A stretch of DNA of 64,000 nucleotides from an uncultured Desulfurococcaceae archaeon. GTDB taxonomy: Archaea > Thermoproteota > Thermoprotei_A > Sulfolobales > Desulfurococcaceae. Below are positions 38,797 through 49,143 of the stretch, in pieces. The translations under genes were made by a program, and so were the position numbers. The notes below the pieces were generated by a model. It made no database searches. It saw only the letters and a list, made by a program, of their open reading frames with translations, and had not been told where the DNA came from. How positions within the stretch are numbered: position 1 is the stretch's first letter; each line of letters opens with the position of its first letter. The stretch lies in assembly GCA_964480805.1 (NCBI GenBank), contig CAYZRH010000004.1, positions 1,749 through 65,748 on the forward strand. Reading direction: 5' to 3'.

Positions 38797-40221
38797 ATGG
38801 GAGTACTAGATGTAATGGCTAAGATCGCTGGCTATGTACCAACAGTTGAGAAGCCTAAACAGAAGCCAGGGCTTTATGAAAGGCTTTTCTGGACAGCTAT
38901 AGCACTTATAATATATGTTATAATGGCTAATACACCGCTCTACGGCATAACACAATCTGGTGCTGGTCCAAGGCTACTGCTTGTAGAGATAATATTTGCA
39001 TCTAATCGTGGAACACTTATGGAGCTTGGTATAGGCCCTATAGTTACTGCTGGACTTATAATGCAGATACTTGTTGGAGCAAAGATGATCGATATAGACC
39101 TATCTAACCCTGATGACAGGAGAAAGTTTACATCAGCACAGAAGACATTTGCATTACTACTAGCTGGTTTTGAAGCAGGGATGTATGCTGCAGCATGTAG
39201 GTACTGGTATTATGTAGGAAACCCGTTCTTTGGATGCCAGGCTGCTCTATGGCCGCGTCTAAGTGTTGCTCTACAGTTGTTCTTTGCTACATACATAGTC
39301 ATACTACTTGATGAGATGATACAGAAGGGATGGGGTTTAGGCTCTGGTGTTAGCTTGTTTATCTTAGCTGGTGTTGCTCAGAGGTTCTTCTGGAACTTAT
39401 TCTCTCCAGTATCTTATGGTGGTGTACCGTTTGGCTTTATACCCTATATACTGTATCTATCACAAGCAGGTGGGCTTAGTCTAGGGAGTATTCTTGTTAG
39501 AAGAGGTACTCCAGATCTAGTTGGCTTTATAACAACTATAACTATCATATTCCTACTGATCTATCTAGAGGGTATGCGTGTTGAAATACCTGTTACATCG
39601 CCTAGGCTAAGGAGTATTAAGACTAAGGTTCCACTAAAATTCCTGTACGTGACAAACATACCCATACTACTAGTTGGCATCCTATATAGTGACTTACTAG
39701 TGTTCTCAAGTCTTATTAGAATGTATTTCCCACAAGGCTCTAGCATAGCAGACTTTCTAGCAGTATATGATGAGAGAAACAACCTTGTAGGTGGTCTAGC
39801 CTTCTATCTAAGCCCGCCTAGAGGGCTAGTATACACTATAGCACAGCCTGTTAGAGCTTTTGTCTACGCAGTAGGTGTTCTAGGACTGGCTATACTATTT
39901 GGTCTTATGTGGGTTGAGATAGCTGGTCTTAGCCCATCAGCTCAGGCTGAACAACTTATTAAGAGTGGTATGGAGATACCTGGTGTTAGACGTAATCCTA
40001 AGATACTTGAGAGAATGCTTGCTAAATACATTACACCCTTGACTATACTAAGCTCTATAATAGCAGCTATAATAGCTATTACAGCCGACTTACTTGGAGC
40101 ATATGGTACTGGTATGGGTATACTACTAGCTATAGGTATTGTACAACAGTACTATATGATGATAGCTTATGAGAGAACATTAGAGGCATATCCATTGCTT
40201 AAGAGACTTATTGGAGAGTAG
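38797..40221 (+). CDS. secY: preprotein translocase subunit SecY
   Basis: 474 aa, about 10 TM. LMELGIGPIVTAGLIMQIL. In the conserved position after L15. Confidence 0.95.
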   Translation: MGVLDVMAKIAGYVPTVEKPKQKPGLYERLFWTAIALIIYVIMANTPLYGITQSGAGPRLLLVEIIFASNRGTLMELGIGPIVTAGLIMQILVGAKMIDIDLSNPDDRRKFTSAQKTFALLLAGFEAGMYAAACRYWYYVGNPFFGCQAALWPRLSVALQLFFATYIVILLDEMIQKGWGLGSGVSLFILAGVAQRFFWNLFSPVSYGGVPFGFIPYILYLSQAGGLSLGSILVRRGTPDLVGFITTITIIFLLIYLEGMRVEIPVTSPRLRSIKTKVPLKFLYVTNIPILLVGILYSDLLVFSSLIRMYFPQGSSIADFLAVYDERNNLVGGLAFYLSPPRGLVYTIAQPVRAFVYAVGVLGLAILFGLMWVEIAGLSPSAQAEQLIKSGMEIPGVRRNPKILERMLAKYITPLTILSSIIAAIIAITADLLGAYGTGMGILLAIGIVQQYYMMIAYERTLEAYPLLKRLIGE

Positions 40222-40224
40222 AAT

Positions 40225-40674
40225 ATGCTTACAACACTTCTAGTAATACTTGGTGTCTCTATATCACTTATAGCATCCTATCTAGCATACAGTGTCTCTA
40301 GACTAGACTACTTCCGTAAACCATTACAAGTAGTAGCAAGGTATCGTGGAGAACCAGTTGGTAAGGATAAGAGGTCTATGAAGAAGCTTAGAAAGATCAA
40401 GGCAGATCTTGATAGAGCTAAGAAGAGGTTTATGCTACTATTCCTAGTACATCTAGCAATATTCGTTACAGCCTATACTATACTTGTATCACTAGTATTC
40501 ATTATAACACCACGTGAGGAAATGCTTTTAGAAATACCAATAGGTATACCACTTATAAGTTACCAGGAAGACAGTGCCTTTGTAACAAATGCTGTATTTA
40601 TAGCATTCATAGGTTTTATGGCTCCAAGCTACTTGTTTGCAAGAATAGTTAAGACTGTCCAGGCACTAAGGTAA
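40225..40674 (+). CDS. DUF106-type membrane protein (archaeal YidC/Oxa1-like insertase family, tentative)
   Basis: 149 aa. TM1, then a Lys/Arg-rich coiled hairpin (KDKRSMKKLRKIKADLDRAKKR), then two more TM. Lies 3 nt after secY, where DUF106 genes commonly sit in archaeal spc-cluster extensions. Confidence 0.5.
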   Translation: MLTTLLVILGVSISLIASYLAYSVSRLDYFRKPLQVVARYRGEPVGKDKRSMKKLRKIKADLDRAKKRFMLLFLVHLAIFVTAYTILVSLVFIITPREEMLLEIPIGIPLISYQEDSAFVTNAVFIAFIGFMAPSYLFARIVKTVQALR

Positions 40675-40736
40675 CAAGGTTTTTAAGTAATATAAAAGTT
40701 GTTTATAGATGAGTAGTTTATGGATGGTGGGAGAGA

Positions 40737-41015
40737 ATGCCTAGACCAGGGCTTAGAACATACTCTAGGAGAAGGGTTTACCGTAGAACACCTGGTGGTA
40801 GAACAGTAGTACACTATGAACCAAGGAAGCCTAGTGTAGCAAAGTGTGCACTATGTGGTAGACCATTAAATGGTGTACCTAGGCTTAGATCTTCTAGACT
40901 TAGAAGACTTGCTAAAACAGAGAAGAGGCCTGAGAGACCCTATGGAGGATATATATGTCATAGATGTCTAGCTAAAGCATTCAAAGCTTCTATAAGAACT
41001 TCACTAACTATGTAG
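40737..41015 (+). CDS. rpl34e: 50S ribosomal protein L34e
   Basis: [47 protein letters not shown]. Confidence 0.9.
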   Translation: MPRPGLRTYSRRRVYRRTPGGRTVVHYEPRKPSVAKCALCGRPLNGVPRLRSSRLRRLAKTEKRPERPYGGYICHRCLAKAFKASIRTSLTM

Positions 41016-41068
41016 TCTATGTAGAGCTAGCTATTTTATACACTATAAACATACTCTTCTAGCATAGG

Positions 41069-41623
41069 GTGTATCATGTATTGACTGTAATAGTTGTTAG
41101 TGGTCCACCGGGTAGTGGTAAGACTACACAAGCAAAGATGATAGCAAAGCACTATAGACTAAGATACTATTCTGCAGGAATGATCTTTAGAGATATAGCT
41201 TCTAGTAGAGGCATATCTATTAAAGAATTAAGCGTTATTGCTTTAAAGGATCCAAGTATCGATCTAGAGATAGATCGTAGGAGTTATGAAGAAGCTTTAA
41301 AGGGAAATGTTGTTATAGACGGTCACTTAACATCATGGGTTATAGCGGAGCTAGCTGATGTAAGAATATATATTACAGCACCACTTCTAACACGTATTCT
41401 AAGGATTGCTAAAAGGGATGGTAGGAGTGTTGATGAAGCTGTTCGTGAAACACTTGTTAGAGAGTATAGTCAAGTTAGGAGATTTATTGAATACTATGGG
41501 CTTGACCCAACTGATACTAGTATATTTGATATAGTGGTTGATACTAAAGACCTTGGTCCTAGAGAGACTTTCGAGATCATAAGATCTTGTGTAGATAAAA
41601 TTTTAAAGTCTAAGAAGAGATAG
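41069..41623 (+). CDS. cmk: cytidylate kinase (archaeal type)
   Basis: P-loop VSGPPGSGKTTQAKMIA. SAGMIFRDIASSRGISIKELS...DPSIDLEIDRR matches archaeal Cmk rather than AdkA. Start is GTG 41069 or TTG 41081. Confidence 0.8.
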   Translation: MYHVLTVIVVSGPPGSGKTTQAKMIAKHYRLRYYSAGMIFRDIASSRGISIKELSVIALKDPSIDLEIDRRSYEEALKGNVVIDGHLTSWVIAELADVRIYITAPLLTRILRIAKRDGRSVDEAVRETLVREYSQVRRFIEYYGLDPTDTSIFDIVVDTKDLGPRETFEIIRSCVDKILKSKKR

Positions 41624-41661
41624 GTTATGCTAACTAGTACTAGGTAATAGGGTGTAGTGTT

Positions 41662-41952
41662 ATGCCTGCTATAGAGATTGGTAGAGTTTGTGTAAAACTT
41701 GCTGGACGTGAAGCTGGTAGGAAATGTATTATAGTCGATATTATTGATGAAAACTTTGTACTAGTAACTGGTCCTAAAAGCCTAAGTGGTGTTAAGAGAA
41801 GACGTGTTAATATCAAGCATATTGAGCCTCTAGATAGGGTTGTTGACATACCTAAGGGTGCTAGTGATGAAGAGGTTTTGAAGGCTATTAAAGAAGCTGG
41901 TTTAGAAGATTTTATGAAGGAGATTGTAAAACCTAAGCTTACTCCTGTATAA
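41662..41952 (+). CDS. rpl14e: 50S ribosomal protein L14e
   Basis: 96 aa. [35 protein letters not shown] (KOW motif). Confidence 0.85.
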   Translation: MPAIEIGRVCVKLAGREAGRKCIIVDIIDENFVLVTGPKSLSGVKRRRVNIKHIEPLDRVVDIPKGASDEEVLKAIKEAGLEDFMKEIVKPKLTPV

Positions 41953-42044
41953 TATATAGCTTTTCTTAAGTAGAATAGTTAATAATACTTCATTTCTAGA
42001 GATTAGGTTATAGGAGAGATGGACTAGCGTATGGTGTTTCTTAC

Positions 42045-43079
42045 TTGAGTGTTAGGGAGGGGTTAGAGTTTCTAAATAAGCTTATAGAGTATGCTGGTGT
42101 AGAGCAGAAGTGGATTGTTCTTAGAGATGAAGAGACTAGTCCAGACTATGGATTATTACCGTATAAGCGAGGTATTGGAGAACACATTGTTAATGGTGTT
42201 TTAAATATTGATAAACCTCCTGGGCCAACAAGCCATGAAGTTGTTGCATGGATTAAGAAAATGCTTGGTTTAAAGAAAGCTGGTCATGGAGGAACACTTG
42301 ATCCTAAGGTTACTGGTGTACTACCTGTAGCACTAGAGAATGCTACGAAGGTTATTGGCAATGTAGTGCATACAGTAAAGGAGTATGTTATGGTTATACA
42401 ATTACATGAACCAGTTTCTGAAGATAGGTTGAGAGAGGCTTTAAAACTATTTATTGGTAGGATTTACCAGAAGCCTCCATTAAGGTCTAGTGTTAAGAGA
42501 ACTATTAGGATAAGGAGGGTACACTATATAGACCTACTAGAGTATAATGGTAGATACGCTTTAGTACGTGTTGGATGTGAAGCAGGTACTTATATGAGGA
42601 AGCTAGCACACGATCTAGGCTTAATACTTGGTGTTGGAGCTCATATGAGAGAACTACGCCGCACACGTACTGGCCCGTTTCGTGAAGACGAGACTCTTGT
42701 TAAGATGCAGGAGCTTAGTGAAGCAGTTTATCTATGGAGAGAACATGGTGTTGAAAGGCTTTTAAGAAGCATGATCCTACCTGTAGAAGTTGCTACAGCC
42801 CACCTCCCTAAAGTAGTTTTAAGAGATACAGCTGTTGATGCTATAGCTCATGGAGCAGACCTTGCTGTACCAGGTATTGCTCGTTTGACAAACGATGTTG
42901 TACGTGGTTGTCGTGTAGCACTCTATACTCTTAAGGGTGAGTTGGTTGCACTTGGTCAAGCACTCTATAGTGCTGAGGAGATAGGGGGTATGGAGAAGGG
43001 TGTTGTTGTACGTATTAACCGTGTCTATATGAAGCCTGGTGTATACCCTTCTGTTTGGAGGAAACGTGGTAGTGGTTAG
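42045..43079 (+). CDS. cbf5: H/ACA RNP pseudouridine synthase Cbf5 (TruB family, PUA domain)
   Basis: NIDKPPGPTSHEVVAWIKKML, catalytic GHGGTLDPKVTGVLPV, CEAGTYMRKLAHDLG, GAHMRELRRTRTGPF. The ORF is uninterrupted. Confidence 0.9.
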   Translation: MSVREGLEFLNKLIEYAGVEQKWIVLRDEETSPDYGLLPYKRGIGEHIVNGVLNIDKPPGPTSHEVVAWIKKMLGLKKAGHGGTLDPKVTGVLPVALENATKVIGNVVHTVKEYVMVIQLHEPVSEDRLREALKLFIGRIYQKPPLRSSVKRTIRIRRVHYIDLLEYNGRYALVRVGCEAGTYMRKLAHDLGLILGVGAHMRELRRTRTGPFREDETLVKMQELSEAVYLWREHGVERLLRSMILPVEVATAHLPKVVLRDTAVDAIAHGADLAVPGIARLTNDVVRGCRVALYTLKGELVALGQALYSAEEIGGMEKGVVVRINRVYMKPGVYPSVWRKRGSG

Positions 43080-43656
43080 CCATTATTATAGGAGAGGGGG
43101 TCTTGGTAGGAAAGTGCTTATACCACTCTATATACATGGTGTTACACTAGAGTTTCTATCATATACTAGCCTATTCTCTGGTAGAGAAGTTGATCCCGGT
43201 ACAATGGTTCTACTAGAGAATATTAAGATACCAGATAGTGGTAGAGTACTCGACATAGGCTGTGGATACGGTGTTATAGGTATAACACTAGCTAAGCTTA
43301 ACCCTAGACTAGAAGTCTACATGGTTGATATAAACCCTCTAGCAGTAAAAGTAGCTAAGAATAATGCTGAAAGAAATAGTGTAGCAGAACGTGTAGTAAT
43401 ACTACATGGAGACCGCTATAAACCAGTAGAGAACATAGTGTTTAAAGCAGTATACACTAACCCGCCGCTAGCAACTGGTAAAGAAGTAGTAGAAGACATA
43501 CTGTTGAAGGCATGGGATCACTTGGAGGATAAAGGCTTCCTACAAACAGTACTAGCAAAAGGACACAAATACTATCTAGGAAAAATAAGAGAGAAATACA
43601 GTAGAGTGGAATGGATAAAGAAGAAAGGATACATAGTAATAACAGCCTATAAGTAA
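43039..43656 (+). CDS. class I SAM-dependent methyltransferase (MTS/RsmC-like small-domain)
   Basis: Motif I VLDIGCGYGVIG, motif IV YTNPPL. The true start is probably GTG 43066 or 43072, just before the Cbf5 stop at 43079. Confidence 0.7.
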   Translation: MYTLLFGGNVVVVSHYYRRGGLGRKVLIPLYIHGVTLEFLSYTSLFSGREVDPGTMVLLENIKIPDSGRVLDIGCGYGVIGITLAKLNPRLEVYMVDINPLAVKVAKNNAERNSVAERVVILHGDRYKPVENIVFKAVYTNPPLATGKEVVEDILLKAWDHLEDKGFLQTVLAKGHKYYLGKIREKYSRVEWIKKKGYIVITAYK

Positions 43657-43698
43657 TAGAAATAAACCAGACTATAGAGAATAGATAGTATAGAAAAA

Positions 43699-43784
43699 GC
43701 CGGGGTGCCCGAGTGGACTAAGGGGCTGGCCTTGAGAGCCAGTGGGTCTCACGGCCCGCGCGGGTTCGAATCCCGCCCCCGGCG
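43699..43784 (+). tRNA. tRNA-Ser (anticodon UGA), class II with long variable arm, no intron, CCA not encoded
   Basis: Acceptor GCCGGGG/CCCCGGC with discriminator G. Anticodon stem CTGGC/GCCAG, loop CTTGAGA (UGA). 17-nt variable arm with 5-bp stem. T-arm GCGGG-TTCGAAT-CCCGC. A GC-rich island in AT-rich DNA. Confidence 0.9.
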
Positions 43785-43806
43785 CTATAGTTGTGTATAT
43801 GTTATT

Positions 43807-44544
43807 CTATACATGCTTGTATTGTAGTGTGTTAAGTATTGTAGGGTATGTTTCTTCTAGTTCTTTAATAGCTTCTAGTAGTTCATCTAGTTTATTAACA
43901 CCAGTTGTTAAGACTACATATTCTTCTTCAGATAAGTCTATTCTAAGATACTTCCTTTCTGAAACAACATTCTTTAAGCTATACATGATCTTCTTTGTTT
44001 GAAAGCTTTCATCATACTTGAACAACGGCTCTGTCTCTAAATGGTATCCATAGTCTTCTATGTATATACGAAAGCCTATCCTACATGAACCAATGTATTT
44101 AGAAGCTACAATAATCCTTACACCATCTTCAATAGGTGTTCCGACAAAGTAGCCTCTACTACTAAGTCTCTTAACAACATCTATAAGCTCGTCATAGATA
44201 ACATGTTCTTTCACCAAAGCCCTATCTCCATTATCAAAATATCTAAGTATATTTAGTGGACCCACATACTCACCAACATAGCTTACAGGTGTGTATGGCT
44301 CACTTAACCCATAGAATATACAGAATGCTCTACCTGGAGACCAGTAATAGACCTTACCTGGTTTAACTCGATAATATTTCCCACTACCCTCTAACTCTAT
44401 AGGTATCTGGAAGTATACTTCTTCCTTCCAAACACTAAGCTCTGTATTAAAAGGTAGTATATCCACTAGTTTATCATAACTAGTATCCATACCTATTATG
44501 AAAGAAGTATCTTTATCCTCTACTAGAATCTCTAATAAAAACAC
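43807..44544 (-). CDS. hypothetical protein with N-terminal cyclophilin-like (PF04126-type) domain, tentative
   Basis: 245 aa. KPGKVYYWSPGRAFCIFYG resembles the GDIAYWPPGNALCIFFG signature of the cyclophilin-like family (from memory). C-terminal half unassigned. Confidence 0.4.
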   Translation of the reverse strand: MFLLEILVEDKDTSFIIGMDTSYDKLVDILPFNTELSVWKEEVYFQIPIELEGSGKYYRVKPGKVYYWSPGRAFCIFYGLSEPYTPVSYVGEYVGPLNILRYFDNGDRALVKEHVIYDELIDVVKRLSSRGYFVGTPIEDGVRIIVASKYIGSCRIGFRIYIEDYGYHLETEPLFKYDESFQTKKIMYSLKNVVSERKYLRIDLSEEEYVVLTTGVNKLDELLEAIKELEETYPTILNTLQYKHV

Positions 44545-44680
44545 TCTATCAAAACCTCCAGTACTTATCCAGTTTAAACTATTATATTCTTACTTATAAA
44601 CAAACTCTTGTGAAGAATAGTCTCTAGACTAGTAACTCGTATATAGGAGAGGATAGGTAGTTTAAACAAAATAATATAGG

Positions 44681-45649
44681 GTGTTGTATGTGTATAAGCC
44701 ATTAAGTGAGCGTTGGGGTAAACCTGTTCTAAACAAGTGGGGTAAGAAGATATATCTTGATCAAATGGGTATGAGGGAGCTTGAAGAAAGAGTTAAGGAG
44801 AACGATATAGTATTCCTACCAGTAGGTTCAACAGAATGCCATGGACCCTTTGAGCCTCTTGGAGAAGACACTATCATAGGTGTTAGTATAGCTGAAAAAG
44901 TATGTTATGAAACTGGATGTACTGTAGCACTACCAATAGCTTATGGTAGTCACCCAAGCCATCACTATGGCATGCCCGGTACAATACCTGTTAGAGCTAC
45001 AGTATTAATAGAGTATGTAGCCGATATTATAAAGTGGCTTTCAAATGCTGGTTTTAAAAAGATAATAGTATGGAATAGCCATGGACAAGAATACGTTCTC
45101 CCTATAGCTAAGGATATAGCTATAATAGAGAAGGATGTTCATGCACTAATACTTGTCACTAGCTGGTGGAAATGGGTTCAAGACCTATTGAGAAAAGCTG
45201 GTAGTGGAGAAGAGATTGCTCCAAGTGTTAAACTTGAAACACCCTTTGTACATGCTGATGAGGTAGAAGCTAGTGTTACATGGTATGTCTCTCCAGAACT
45301 CATAGATGAAGAGCTTCTTAGAAAAGAGGGTGAATGGGGTGTTGTAAGAGCTATACCGGGTAAATGGGTTAATGCTGCTGGCAATGTGTTCCCAGATAAG
45401 CCATTTAACTGGTATGATGTAAGCCATTTACCAGAATTCTACTATTATAAGAAAGGATTTGTAGGATGGCCTAAACTAGCTGATCCAAGGAAGGGAGAGG
45501 TTTTAGTAAATAAGGTTATAGAGAGAGTTATAGAGTTTGTTAACTGGCTTAAAGAAAACTATCCGCCAGGGAAGATACCTAGGACGTGGATAGACTTTGA
45601 AGAACTATTCTATAACAAACCTAGAGAACATGTTGAACCTAAGGGTTAG
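44681..45649 (+). CDS. creatininase-family amidohydrolase
   Basis: 322 aa. IVFLPVGSTECHGPFEPLGEDT matches the creatininase-family PxGSxEQHGPHLPLxTD metal-binding signature. Confidence 0.65.
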   Translation: MLYVYKPLSERWGKPVLNKWGKKIYLDQMGMRELEERVKENDIVFLPVGSTECHGPFEPLGEDTIIGVSIAEKVCYETGCTVALPIAYGSHPSHHYGMPGTIPVRATVLIEYVADIIKWLSNAGFKKIIVWNSHGQEYVLPIAKDIAIIEKDVHALILVTSWWKWVQDLLRKAGSGEEIAPSVKLETPFVHADEVEASVTWYVSPELIDEELLRKEGEWGVVRAIPGKWVNAAGNVFPDKPFNWYDVSHLPEFYYYKKGFVGWPKLADPRKGEVLVNKVIERVIEFVNWLKENYPPGKIPRTWIDFEELFYNKPREHVEPKG

Positions 45650-45738
45650 CTAAGCATTAGGAGGAACTAGTCTATATTATATAAATAGTTTTTACCATTA
45701 ATACACTAGTACTGGCTAATATAGGGGGCTTGTATGTA

Positions 45739-46548
45739 ATGTCTAGACTTAAACTATCTATCGTCCAAGCCATTGCTACTGATGTAGAGTTTAGTGTTGT
45801 TATAAGTGCTCCATTAGAGAAGATACTTAGTAGACTCCAAGAACTAGGTTATGATGGTGTTGAATACAATATTTCTAATCCATTTCAAGTAGATGTAAGA
45901 GAGGTTAAGAGAGTTACAGAGAAGTATGGTTTAGAAGTATCAGCTATATCAACTGGGCTATCATACCTTAGATACGGCTATAGCTTATCAAGCTCTAGTA
46001 GTGAATACCGTGGGAAAGCTCTAGAGTTCTTTAAGAAATACATAGAAATAGCTCAAGAACTAGGCTCATACAAAGTTGTTGTAGGACTAGCTAGAGGTAA
46101 GTGTGAAGGAGACTGCATTAAAGCTAAGGAGAGGCTTAGAGAATCTCTTAAAATAATTGATGAATATGCTAGTGAACATAGTGTTTTAATAGTTTTTGAA
46201 CCTCTCAACAGGTATGAAACAGATCTTATTAATAAACTTGATGAAGCAATTGAGTTTATCAAAGACTATAGGAATGTGAGAATACTATTTGATACATTCC
46301 ATATGATGCTAGAAGAAAGAAGTCCTTATGAAGCAATACTTAGAGCTAACAAGTATATAGGGCACTTCCATGCTGCTGATAGTAACCGTTTAGCTCCAGG
46401 TTTAGGAATACTTGATTGGGAGAAGATAGTGTATAGACTACTTAGAATAGGGTATAGAGGATATATTAGTGTTGAAGCACGTGGTGAACCAGATCTTGAT
46501 ACCTTGTTGGAAACTAGTGTTAGAACACTAAAACCACTCCTACTATAA
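45739..46548 (+). CDS. sugar (phosphate) isomerase/epimerase, xylose-isomerase-like TIM barrel (ketose 3-epimerase-like)
   Basis: LIVFEPLNRYETDLIN, FDTFHMMLEE, IGHFHAADSNRLAPGLGILDW, ISVEARG. This is the E/D/H/E metal-ligand pattern of the family. ATG 45739 (TTG 45730 alternative). Confidence 0.75.
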   Translation: MSRLKLSIVQAIATDVEFSVVISAPLEKILSRLQELGYDGVEYNISNPFQVDVREVKRVTEKYGLEVSAISTGLSYLRYGYSLSSSSSEYRGKALEFFKKYIEIAQELGSYKVVVGLARGKCEGDCIKAKERLRESLKIIDEYASEHSVLIVFEPLNRYETDLINKLDEAIEFIKDYRNVRILFDTFHMMLEERSPYEAILRANKYIGHFHAADSNRLAPGLGILDWEKIVYRLLRIGYRGYISVEARGEPDLDTLLETSVRTLKPLLL

Positions 46549-46635
46549 CCACTCTTTTAATACAAAAACCCTTATTGGAGAAAGAGCTTAAAACTGTGTA
46601 CTATAATTATCTAGTTCAAAGGTGGTGAAAGCTAT

Positions 46636-47568
46636 TTGTTATCTGTAGCACTTGAGAAGAAAGGTATTGAGATAATATCTAGATACCCATACAAGATAGG
46701 GATAGTTGTATTCATGGTATATCCAGAGCTTTTAAAATCCGATAAAGGAGCAGCTGATAAGACTAGAGAGCTTCTTAAAGACAGCTTCTTCGACCTACTA
46801 GAGATCTCCTGGATTGGCGATAATGAGTGGAAGATGCTTAGCAGATACGTTGGTGAAAGTGGTAGAAGAATAGATTTCTCAATGGGTCTTCAACCAGAGG
46901 TTCTTGTTAGGAAATACAATCCTAGTGCTGTAGATGAGGAAGAGAGGAGGAAAGCTGAGGAAGTCCTTGTTAGAGGAGTAGAAGTTGCTGGAGAGAGGAG
47001 TATGAAAGCAGTAGCACTATGTTCAGGACCTAATGTTGAAGGAATTGAGCGTGAGAGAGCGGTTAGATCGTTTGTTAAAACAGTTAGTGCTATGGCTGAG
47101 AAAGCGCTTGAATACAATATGTCAGTATATGTAGAGACTTTTGACTATAAATGGGATAAGAAGAGACTTCTCGGTCCAATAGATTTCTCAGCTAAGGTTA
47201 TTGAAGAGATAAGATCTAGCTATAGTAATGTCTATCTAATGTGGGATCTAAGCCATGGACCATTGCTTGATGAGAAACCAGAAGATCTTAAACCCTATAG
47301 TGATCTAATAGGACATATCCATATAGGCTGTGCTAAAAAGGTTAATGATAAACTCTATGATTGGCATCCAGGCTTTTACCGCCCAGGCTCAATTAATACT
47401 GAAGAAGATGTTGCTAAACTACTTGAAGTACTACATGATATAGGCTATAGTGGTGCTACAAGTTTTGAAGTAAAACCTGAAGATGGACAGCATCCATTAG
47501 AAGTTGTTAATACTGCTAAAGGTGTTTTGTTAAGAGCTTACCAGTTATTCCTTGAAGGAAGGATCTAG
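46636..47568 (+). CDS. xylose-isomerase-like TIM-barrel protein (second, divergent)
   Basis: 310 aa. VYVETFDY, MWDLSHGPL, IGHIHIGCAKK...WHPGF, ATSFEVKPE are reminiscent of the same fold. Weaker match than the upstream gene. Confidence 0.45.
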   Translation: MLSVALEKKGIEIISRYPYKIGIVVFMVYPELLKSDKGAADKTRELLKDSFFDLLEISWIGDNEWKMLSRYVGESGRRIDFSMGLQPEVLVRKYNPSAVDEEERRKAEEVLVRGVEVAGERSMKAVALCSGPNVEGIERERAVRSFVKTVSAMAEKALEYNMSVYVETFDYKWDKKRLLGPIDFSAKVIEEIRSSYSNVYLMWDLSHGPLLDEKPEDLKPYSDLIGHIHIGCAKKVNDKLYDWHPGFYRPGSINTEEDVAKLLEVLHDIGYSGATSFEVKPEDGQHPLEVVNTAKGVLLRAYQLFLEGRI

Positions 47569-47638
47569 GGGTTTATAGTTAATAGTTAAAATAATCTAAA
47601 ACTCTTTTTCTCTAGAATAAAATATACTTAATACTAGG

Positions 47639-49108
47639 GTGTGTAGTGTATTGAGGAAATATCTAGGGTTAATACCTCATCCAGCCATAGGTGTTAGGTT
47701 GCCAGACATAGTTATACCGCCTGTTCTAAAAGCTTTCCGGTTAAGAGATGTTGCTGGAACACTAATGTTGTCCTATAATAGAGAGACAGCTCCATTAAAA
47801 ACTATTTCTTCTAGTAGGAGTTTGTTAAGAGGGCATACTGGCACATCTATATCTGAGTATATATCTAAAGCTACAAGTTATGCTGAACACTATGGAGCTA
47901 TAGTTGAAGTAGAAGCCGATCACGTGTCTCTAATGGCTTCTCCAGAAAGAGCTGTTAAGAGAATTACTGGAGGGGGATTTGAATATGGTTTATCTAGAGA
48001 GGAGATTGAAAAATCTCTTGAGTATATTGAAGAGGAGTTTAAAGAAGTAGAGGATGTTGGTGGAGTAGATTTTGTCACTATTGATACATGTGAACTCATA
48101 GATCTTGGAGTAAGTAGACTGGGTAGTGGAGAAGTGCTGGCAATATATGAGGATAAGTTTGACAAGTCTATTAGAAAGGATTTTGAAAGAACATATCTTG
48201 GTAAGAGATTCTACTTCCTATCAAACTCTGGAGACATATATGTAATAAAATATGATAAGGCAGAGCTTGCAAGACTAGTGTTGAAGTATTTTAATAGTAT
48301 AAAGTATGTTATGAAAGTCTATAGCATTATTAACAAGTATCAAGGTAGTCGAGAATATGGTGTTGAAATAGCACTTGATGAAGTACCAGAGACTACTAGT
48401 CCTAAAGAACTATTCTTCTATATTAATGAGTTAAGCCGTAGTGGTTTGAGAATAGACTATATAGCACCAAATATTGGTTTTAGAAAACGTGAAGACTATG
48501 AAGGCGATCTATCTGATCTAGCTAGTAGGGTTGATAGATTACATACAGTTGCACGTAGTATGGGTGTACTACTATCTTTCCACTCTGGAAGCGGTGCTCA
48601 TCCATATAGTGATAAAGGATATGGTGTATGGGATACTATTAGAGTTGTAACAAATGGTATGTTAAAGTATAAGGTTTCAGGTGTTTATATACAATTACTA
48701 TTAGAGGTTATGAGTAGGTTTCCACATGGTAGTAGGCCTAGGAGACTCTATGAAGAAATATTTGATACTATACTAGAGTATGTTGAAGGAGTTGTTAAAG
48801 AGAAGAAGGAGCTCTATTCTCTACATTTAGAGGAGATGCTTGAAACATATTATAGAGAAACAAGGATATCTCCTTTAAAGAGGAGGAGTCCACGAACAAG
48901 CTTCTTCCGACACTACTTCTTTATATTCCAGGCAGTAGTTGATGAGAGTGGTGTAAGGTATCTTAGAGAGAAACTGTTAGACCTGTATAGAACAAATAGT
49001 GATCTTAGGAGAGTTTATGAAAGTGAAGCAGTAGATCTTACACTAAGGATTATTGATAAACTAGGTTTTACAAGTAATATAGCCTACTATAATATTGTAG
49101 AGGTATAG
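47639..49108 (+). CDS. UxaE-like tagaturonate/fructuronate epimerase family protein, tentative
   Basis: 489 aa. EADHVSL, IAPNIGFRKREDYEG, LSFHSGSGAHPYSDKG. Size and motifs resemble the UxaE family as I recall it. Confidence 0.45.
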   Translation: MCSVLRKYLGLIPHPAIGVRLPDIVIPPVLKAFRLRDVAGTLMLSYNRETAPLKTISSSRSLLRGHTGTSISEYISKATSYAEHYGAIVEVEADHVSLMASPERAVKRITGGGFEYGLSREEIEKSLEYIEEEFKEVEDVGGVDFVTIDTCELIDLGVSRLGSGEVLAIYEDKFDKSIRKDFERTYLGKRFYFLSNSGDIYVIKYDKAELARLVLKYFNSIKYVMKVYSIINKYQGSREYGVEIALDEVPETTSPKELFFYINELSRSGLRIDYIAPNIGFRKREDYEGDLSDLASRVDRLHTVARSMGVLLSFHSGSGAHPYSDKGYGVWDTIRVVTNGMLKYKVSGVYIQLLLEVMSRFPHGSRPRRLYEEIFDTILEYVEGVVKEKKELYSLHLEEMLETYYRETRISPLKRRSPRTSFFRHYFFIFQAVVDESGVRYLREKLLDLYRTNSDLRRVYESEAVDLTLRIIDKLGFTSNIAYYNIVEV

Positions 49109-49143
49109 GTTGTAGAAAGGATTTTTTAAGTCAAACATGATCT

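Noticed and set aside
40222-41068. Absence of an adenylate kinase gene directly after secY, where many archaea (e.g. Sulfolobus) have adk.
   Set aside because: Gene content downstream of secY varies among archaeal lineages, and adk may simply lie elsewhere. This cannot be assessed from one window.
42045-43079. Checked for the bulge-helix-bulge mRNA intron reported in cbf5 of some Crenarchaeota.
   Set aside because: The ORF is continuous. All TruB/PUA motifs appear in the normal order with no extra insert, so there is no evidence for an intron here.
43699-43784. Checked tRNA-Ser for an intron or a split/permuted arrangement.
   Set aside because: It forms a canonical 86-nt class II cloverleaf with a 7-nt anticodon loop and no insertion after position 37.
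43742-44002. Plus-strand 86-aa ORF starting inside tRNA-Ser and running antisense into the cyclophilin-like gene.
   Set aside because: It overlaps a confidently folded tRNA and an opposite-strand 245-aa CDS. The translation is low-complexity (runs of S).
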